64,000 nucleotides of DNA from Eledone cirrhosa (Eukaryota), in the NCBI GenBank assembly GCA_964016885.1, contig OZ024746.1:36580001-36644000 (forward strand), read 5' to 3'. Shown here one piece after another: positions 55,449-64,000 of the stretch (position 1 is the stretch's first letter; each line of letters begins with the position of its first letter). The notes below the pieces were generated by a model. That model was not told the origin of the DNA. It saw only the letters and a list, made by a program, of their open reading frames with translations, and made no database searches. A program made the position numbers and the translations under genes.

Positions 55449-56799
55449 GATACATATAATGATATTTGGCTTATGTGTTCTATCTTGATTACAGATACTC
55501 GAATATGATTTCAAAGAAATGAATCTTGTCTTTGGATATATATGAAGGCCGTCGCTTTGGCTCATGTGGTTTATCATTTATATATGTAAACTAATTTACA
55601 CTTTGCACCGAATTGTTCGTGTATTAAACATTCGTATAGAACAGGAGAATCGTGATGCGTGCAACGGCTAAGTATTTCGATTCTATTTGGAGGATGTCAT
55701 GCCCTTCATTGTCCGTACGTTCACGTTGAGGCAAAGTGGGCAACTCTTAGTTCTTAATATGTACTGTCTGGATTAATCCAGTCAGTACATAGGAAATGTA
55801 ATATAATTGTCTATGGTAGCCCCATATCTATTAATTGGGTTGTACCCTGGCGTATATTTTAGGAAGCGTTATGTGAGTAGTACATTTGTTTAAAACGGCA
55901 TTGTGACATACCCAAACAGGGTTTCCAGAAGTGTGTTTGGTTCGCTCTAGATGTTTTAATGGGGGCTTAGTTTACTGTCAACATGGCCATATGTCGCTCT
56001 TCTAGCGGCAGTCCTTTTTTGAACTGCATGAAATTTCCGGGTCAACTCAGATTTGTGGTCATGCATAATCTTCGATTTCATGAAAGCTTATGAAGAACAG
56101 CTGATTTTCACCGGATGCTTATTGAATATTTTAATGTACCGATGTTTTAATGCTTAACAATTAGGTCTCAAAATGTGTTACATACATTAGCCATCACTGC
56201 TTGGGAAAATAAGTTATGAACCATATTAATTTCCTATTTCTCTTTTTACTATTATTTTGTAGGATGGGTGGAGTATATAGTTAGTTTTATCGTTGATATA
56301 AGATTCTGTAAGTACAATGTTTTACCAAGTGTCTACACTCAGTTATTTTTGGCATACAAATCTTATTTCTGACAACCTGCGCATCATCCGTTAAGAAATC
56401 TGCATATGATATAATGTAGACATATTCAGTCATGCGAATGTATGTAGCTACAGTATGCTATTGGTATTATGCTATTTTGAGGAAACTATTTTAGCCATTC
56501 TCAAATGTTCAAATAGTGCTTCCAATTTGTTTCAACAAGCTTTTTTCAACCGAATCTAACTGTAAATCCCTAATTCCCACAGTCCGATGATTCTCAACTG
56601 AGTTGAAAGGAAATAAGCCTTGTAAGAGAGTTTATCAACAATTCACATGAGAAAATTCCATACTACACTTGTTCATTCCTAGAATAAAATATGTATACAC
56701 AAAAACGCACACACACACATACACACGCATGCACAAACTCACACATAGCTATATAGTAATAGCAATGGTAGAAATAGTACTATTAGCAGCAGCCGTAGG

Positions 56800-56801
56800 A
56801 A

Positions 56802-56889
<88 letters not shown>

Positions 56890-56950
56890 TTTAGTAGTAG
56901 TAGTAGTAGTAGTAGTAGTAGGTGTAGCAGCAGCAGAAGCAGCAGCAACA
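56800..56950. repeat. (TAG)n/(CAG)n microsatellite
   Basis: Directly visible. Confidence 0.95.
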
Positions 56951-57579
56951 GCAGTTGTTTTAGTATTATATTTGAGTGTGTTTCTGTGTGTGTGCATGTG
57001 TGCATGTGTGTGGATGTGGATGTGTGTATGCGTCTGACTAGCATCTGTTTACGTTCATAATACGGTAATTATATTTATTATGGGCACACAAACTTGTGGA
57101 AAAAACAAACGTACCAATACGAATGACTGTTAATGAAACATTATCATGAAACGGTAAATTGACCGGATAAGTCCTTTATAAAACCGCTTTCCTGAAAATA
57201 ACTCTTCATATAAGATACCTTTGTAAGATCATTGATGTTGTTGATGTCTATAAAAATAAATAGAAAATATCGATAGCATTCCGAGTGGTTTTATACTACT
57301 CGGTTTGTAATTTCAGGGAATTTTCATTTTCATTTTCCTCTTAGTCATTAATTTCTACATAGCGGAACATTTTCTTCAAAGCAAATTTGATCTAAACAAA
57401 TATTAGGATTTAAACCCCTGCGTAGATCATTAGATATCTGCAGAAAGAAAAATACTTCTAATCTCCAGTCCCCGTCTGTCATTCACAGAAAAAATGCACA
57501 TGTGCTACGCGTTATATTTCAGATGTTCATGCATAATTCACATTCTCATTCGTTTATAAATATTTACTAGAGCCGACTC

Positions 57580-57636
<57 letters not shown>

Positions 57637-57762
57637 AAATAGGACTCCAGTTGCATTTTCGATTTCATCTTTTTTTTTATATACTTTCACTCGTGTAGGA
57701 CACCTCGGTTATTTTTCATTTTGTAAAAAAAACCTCACTTTCTAATATATATATATATATAT

Positions 57763-58178
57763 CTACAGTATATATAGGAGGTGAGTTATATTGTAGAACA
57801 AGAAAACTATGCAGATATCAGATACGTAGCACTCAACATTTGATGGATCTGAAGTATATATAAAAAGAAATTAAAAGATGGCTAAAAATGTTCCATATAT
57901 TTTATTATGCGCATTTCAAAAACAGATATACTCCTGGGACGATAATTGCATTCTCATCAGATAAAATAAGATAACATGATATGATGCCTAAAAACACCTG
58001 TGAACAAGTTGATTGGACACTTTCTTGATCACAAGTGTTTTTAAGCATCGTATCATGTTACTTTATTTTATCTGATGAGAACGTAATTATCGTCCCAGGA
58101 GTATATTTGGTTTTTGAAATGGGCTTAATAAAATATATGGAACGTTTTTAACCATCTTTTAATGTCTTCTTATACAGT
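57763..58178. mobile_element. fold-back element (palindrome ~57864-58170) between TA tracts
   Basis: Arms of ~145 bp around a loop at ~58009-58023; same family as 13532-13730. Confidence 0.82.
57900..57966 (-). ncRNA. type I hammerhead ribozyme
   Basis: TTTTAT-CTGATGA-GAA...TTT-GAAA-TGCGC-ATA-ATAAAA. The mirror copy at 58066-58133 has a mutated stem III (TGGGC-TTA). Confidence 0.8.
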
Positions 58179-58530
58179 ATATATATATATATGAGATAGT
58201 ATTGAAGTTTGCTTGAAGCATTGTGGAATAATAAGGTATATTTCTTTAAGTCGTTTTGGAAGCCTCGACATTGCAGATGGGTAAATCTCCGGGTAACAAG
58301 ATCCGGTGGCGGAGAGAGAGATGTAAGTGCGTGTACGTTGAGATGAGTAGCGTGTAGAAGAATGTAGGAAAGAGCGTAAATGATAAAAATAATAACACGA
58401 GATAGAGTTACCTTGGGAGAGATTCAATTGTCCTTATATATTTCGGATTAACATCCATCAACTGTTTTTTTTTTTCTTCTGTCGGAAAGGTGCGAAACAT
58501 GTCCTCCGCTGTTCGTTATTTTGAATATCG

Positions 58531-58565
<35 letters not shown>

Positions 58566-58598
58566 TATATCGGAGTCGGCTCTGGTGAATGTTTTATA

Positions 58599-58651
<53 letters not shown>

Positions 58652-59265
58652 ATGTGTGTGTGTGTGTGTATAATGAAGATTAAGAAAGAAAGACACAAAA
58701 AAGAAAATGATTAAGAGTGCAATTGAAAGAAAGAAAACAAATATATATATATAGAGAGAGAGAGAAAAGCATAGAATAGTGCACACATAGGACTATCATT
58801 GCCTAAATATGTAGGTTTCTGAGAGAGAGTGAACCTGTGCACCGCAAGTGTGTGTAGTTGTATGTAGATGTGTTTGTGTATTTATACATGTGTGCGTTCT
58901 ATGTAGGGAATGTGTGAATTCATTAGAAATAAAGACCCACAAACACTGGCATAGACGCTCGAAATCTTGCACAATCATTAAACAGGCATAAACTCATGCA
59001 AACATACATTGTCATGTAGATGTTATGCGTGCAGAATAAGTGAGAAATATGTCAAGTAAAATTATATTATGCCAATATATGCAATGGTATATATGTATAA
59101 TTATATATATTTATATTCAAACCCCTACCAACATAGTTATATATTTTAAACTATACATATTCAAACACACAGATACGCTATCATACGCAGGCATATACAC
59201 CCACATACATACACATATGTATATATATGTATATACTTATATACACACCCACACATGTATTTATA

Positions 59266-59338
<73 letters not shown>

Positions 59339-60938
59339 ATGTGGAGGGGGAGAGAGTGTATGTGTGCGCATAAGTGTGTGCGTTTGTAAAGACAATCAAA
59401 TTGTTAGGCAAACTCCATATCTAAATACTAATCGAAACCTGAAAGAAACCATTGATTCATCTAATGGCATATAATTCATAGTTAGCTAATATACTTACTA
59501 TATAGCATGATTATCATTTGTGCTAGAAAACGTTGTCTGTCATTAGTGATTCTTCCTTTGAATTTCGGTGAGACTGTGAAAGCTCGTTCACATAATATGG
59601 TGTATTACACACTAGATCCTTTGCTTTTCCCCTCTCTCGGTTTGCGATGTGGTAAAGTTGTTGTTGTTTTATTCAATACTTATTGGAACAGGTGTTGTTG
59701 CTTAAACGACATAATAACAAATGACACCATCAATTGAAATGTTTAGTGAAGACATTCTATAATCTGAGTCCGAATGTAAAATCACATCTCAATTCGACAT
59801 TCAGTCTTCCAACGGATAGATATCTATTGCAGTAGATAATATAACTGAGTCACCACTTTAATGTATTCTAATGTGTGATTGAAAATGCGGGAGGGCTAAC
59901 ACTATATGCTCTATCAAACTCCGTGGTCGCTTTCCCGACTTTTCCTTGTGTTTTAATTTGAAAAGTTCCCTCATATATGTTAGATTTTGGGATTTGGAAT
60001 AATCGTACTAAGAGCGTGAGAAATGCTCTGAAATGTTTAACTTTAACCATTTATGTTAATATGTAGATTTTTTGTCTATTTCATATATTGAAACGTCAAA
60101 ATACTGTATTTTACTTGAAATATAATATCATATGGAATCAGTAGTCAGATCATTGCCGAGTTAAATAATATGGTTACATTTTAAGATGATTAATTATTTC
60201 TTCTAATACATATGTGCATATAATATTTTGCACATATTGGGTACATTCTATTCAATCAATTCCTATGTTATCTACAATGTTAAAGTAAAATTGAAACTGG
60301 ATTTTGGTTTTCATTCGAACTCCAAAAAGAGTGAGGGCGATGAATCAGAATACTGAGCGATAGCGATTTCCTCCTCATTTTACAACAATATATTATGGTG
60401 ATATATATAAAAAAAAATTTCTTTTTAAATCGACCTCAACAAGATTATGAACTCAGAATAAGTACTAAACCGACAAACATGTCACAATAATTCTCATCAG
60501 GATTTCCGATGCATCAGTGATAATAATCGCATTGAAAAGTATTATATTGATTTATTACATTGCTGCAGAATCTCAATGATTTATTTTAGACATGACGTCT
60601 GATGCTTTTGAGTCAAGCACATTATTACATATATAAGAGATGTAAGTATCATGGAAGCTTTCTAAACTGGAATAGAAACACTGATTGCATTTTGGTATAA
60701 GTGACAGAACGACTAGGTAATAAAAACTGTATATATATAGGCAACATGAATGGATCTGTTGTTTTTCTCTACAAATATTTATTCCAATTCCACCCCACCT
60801 GACCCTTCAGTCCTTCTAATTTCTCCATTCTTCTGATTAAAGATTAGCGTCTGCAACGTTGAGACACACTTCTTGCTATTTCAAGCGCTAACCTAATATA
60901 TTCATATACTGTACCGATTGTGTTGTTATTTGTGTTTA

Positions 60939-61112
<174 letters not shown>

Positions 61113-61420
61113 CATATACATATAAAAATAAAGATCCGAAGGCATGGTATACATGTCCAATCATTTTAATCACGACACATGTTTCAATAAGAGATAGACG
61201 ATCGTGCAGCCATGATCGATTATCACTGACCTCGTCAGGGGAAAATGAATTGTCTTCAAATCCTTGATATGAGGGAGAAGATTAACGATGTTCACTCACA
61301 CAATTTAGTCCCTCATATGAAGATCAAGCAGTCAAATCACGGCGACTGCTATCGTCTTCAGTTAGGGTCATAACATTATCAAGTCGTCCCTATCTCCCAA
61401 TAGCTGTAAAAGACGCTGGA

Positions 61421-61645
61421 CATCAATCAAATCTGTAGAATTACAGTCGGTCACAGTTAATGTGAGTGGGTACACACACACTCACACACACCGACGCGAG
61501 GTCAAAGAAAAAATAAATACATATATCAACATAGCATCAAATCTGTAGAACTATAGACGGTCATAGTTAGTGTTAGTGAGTACACACACACTCACACACA
61601 CCGACGCGAGCTCAAAGAAAAAAATATAAATATACCAACATAGTA
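61421..61645 (+). repeat. tandem duplication of a ~110-bp unit
   Basis: Two copies of CAAATCTGTAGAA..GTACACACACACTCACACACACCGACGCGAG.TCAAAGAAAAAAT..CAACATAG. Confidence 0.85.
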
Positions 61646-62298
61646 TTCACCGAATGTTAGTTTACAGAACAACAAATGTTATATTGGTCGAATCTCAATT
61701 TGACGATGTAAATTGGAAAAATTAGGTTAACCGCAACCCTAGACACACGCAAGTAAGTTCAGTTCAATGTTTTGCTATACGTGTATAGATTGAATTGTAA
61801 CATCCGTATCTCCAAATAGTGTAGGTTTTAGTATATACAGATCCGTATCGTCCAAACAAGTGTATGTTTTGGTATATACACATCCATGTGAAGAGCAAGT
61901 AGTCAGCTCATATCGGACTCAGTATGTGCCTTTGTCCCATTGAGAATCTGAGTCACCAAATCTGTGCGTGTAACCGTGAGCAATCCATGGTTAGATGATC
62001 ACGGATCAAAACCTAGTGTAGTGTTCATTCGATAGGAACGTGACCAGTCATAACTTTGGGAACTCAGTGTCTAAAGAAACCGGGTACTGTGTGTAGCGTT
62101 ATGTATAGAGAGCGTAATCGGTCTTAACTGAGTGTGTAATACGTCTAGCTATATCCTAACCGAGAGAACTCAATGGTTAGGGTATCATAAAGTAATGGTG
62201 AATGCGCGTAATTGATCTTACCTGAGTGTGTAATCATTCTAATGTGCACTCAGCTGTGAGAACTCTGTGGAACCAGACGGAGTACCGTTTGTAAGGGT

Positions 62299-62544
62299 GC
62301 AAACGATTTTAGCTGTCTAACTACCTGAGTCTGTGATTGTCTGTTTTTTTGCTAATTGAGAGAACTGTATGGCTAAGGTAGAGAGGGAGGAGTTAGTGTT
62401 AGGTTATTTCCAAAATTCCAGCGGAAATTTTGGAAAGTAACCTACCACTAACTCCTCCCTCTCTACCTTAGCAATAGAGTTCTCTCAATTAGCAAAAAAC
62501 AGACAATCAAACACTTAGGTTGTTTGACAGCTAAGATCGTTTGC
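62299..62544. repeat. inverted duplication, ~120-bp arms, 3-nt loop
   Basis: Centre TTTCCAAAATTCC-agc-GGAAATTTTGGAAA; the arms end GCAAACGAT / ATCGTTTGC. Confidence 0.92.
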
Positions 62545-63320
62545 GACAAATGCTACATAGGTAGCACCACCAGACCAGATCACATTGGAATAAAAGAACA
62601 CCTCAACGCTAATGCTTCCTCATATAAGAAACACCTAGTGAAATGCAAAAAGACCGACAAAAACATAATAGATTAGATAGAAGCTAAGGAGAGAAACTTC
62701 GGCAATCTTAGAAATAAAGAAGCACTAATTATAGACAAAACGCAACCACCAATCAATAACAGACTAGAACTCAACACCCAATTTGTAACATGATAGAGCA
62801 CCTAGCCCACACTTAGACATCCACGTATCCTCTCACACTCACACACACACAGAGAGGCATACGCACACACACGCACGCTTACACCTTTACTTATTCTCAC
62901 GCACATACAAACACACATAGACCAGTTTTAACATGAACGAACATCTAGCCCCCACATTTACATATAAACATATCCTCTCACACTTACACACATACACACG
63001 CACATATACACACAGACACGCATGTTTTCCCCTCACGTATATTCTCACACACACATACACACACTTAGACATACATGTCCAAACCATTTTAAAGGGAGAC
63101 AGCCCTTTATCCACCTAACCTTCACTCTTTGACATTAGAAATAGAATGGAATTTCTATACTATTTCCTGTCAGCATGACTTGGCAAGCTAATTAGAACAC
63201 TGTATTAGCCCCTTTACTTCCCCCTGAAGAAGAGATTTATCTCGAAATGTTAAGGATATTCAAATAAATTTCAGGTAAGTTACTAATTGTCAACGATATC
63301 TTTTGCATTTATATTTATAT
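62542..63320 (+). mobile_element. 5'-truncated PLE (partial GIY-YIG + 3' UTR with hammerhead-like motif)
   Basis: Peptide CDKCYIGSTTRPDHIGIKEH..HL..LRNKEALIIDKTQPPIN. CTGAAGA-aGAGAT-tt-ATCTC-GAAATGTT at 63224-63251, AATAAA at 63263. Confidence 0.8.
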
Positions 63321-63412
63321 TATATACCCATACCTGCATTGTTTCTGGCCTTATAACTTCAAAAGTGTATACCTCACTACGCAATGATTCAAGTAAACTA
63401 CAATTTCCTTTT

Positions 63413-63443
<31 letters not shown>

Positions 63444-63525
63444 CTGTGTGTGTGTGGTATTTCCGTAGAAAGTGTAAAGGTAGGGAGAGTGCTATATGTA
63501 TACTACAGAGCTATTTAATTATTTA

Positions 63526-63610
<85 letters not shown>

Positions 63611-64000
63611 TTGTGTGTGTGTGGTGGTTTACCATTGGAGAGCAATGGTCATTGTGCAATGATAATCTGACATAAAGCATTCGACGTAGGCAACTCATCC
63701 ATCTTTGGTGTTGAATTCTGTTGGTATTGCGGGAACGGTATTAAATATTATAGTGTAGATTAAAATGACAGGAGACGGGACAGGTTGAGTTCCTTCAATT
63801 TTTTTAAATTTCTCTAAACACTCTGCACATCAGTGGCCAGGTTACGTATGAACCTAGTAACATCATTAGGTGTACATTGTGTAATAGTTATATACCAAAG
63901 GTATGATCGTAACAACAATGCAATTGGTCTAAATAGTTAAAGAACAGAAGAAAAACAAAAAAGAACTGAGAAGAAAATGCTTTTTCGTTTTGGACACAAA

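Noticed and set aside
56669-57044. Mucin-like poly-Thr or poly-Leu/Val ORF
   Set aside because: (TAG)n microsatellite with no exon context.
61421-62400. CRISPR-like array
   Set aside because: Eukaryotic context; the units are degenerate tandem duplications without constant repeats and unique spacers.

Overview
This is AT-rich eukaryotic, repeat-dominated DNA with no confidently identifiable host gene. The SINE families and the (TA)n/(CA)n density suggest an octopod cephalopod; that is inferred from recalled SINE sequences, not a search. Nearly all ORF-track entries are microsatellite translations. The real content is mobile elements. Penelope-like elements (PLEs; RT + C-terminal GIY-YIG) include a near-complete copy with ~0.8-kb pseudo-LTRs (46106-50100), a ~4-kb head-to-head palindrome (19760-23845) and many 5'-truncated ends. 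There are also remnants of R4/Dong, CRE and RTE non-LTR elements, a Helitron 3' end and about ten tRNA-derived SINEs. The most notable pattern is about 15 intact or decayed type I hammerhead-ribozyme motifs, from at least 6 unrelated families, in PLE 3' tails. These tails abut (TA)n tracts through TA microhomology and are repeatedly arranged as fold-back palindromes with 3' ends facing outward. This suggests a (TA)n-targeted, ribozyme-associated, double-ended or snap-back retrotransposition mode that builds dsRNA-forming hairpins. All alignments and folds were done by eye.
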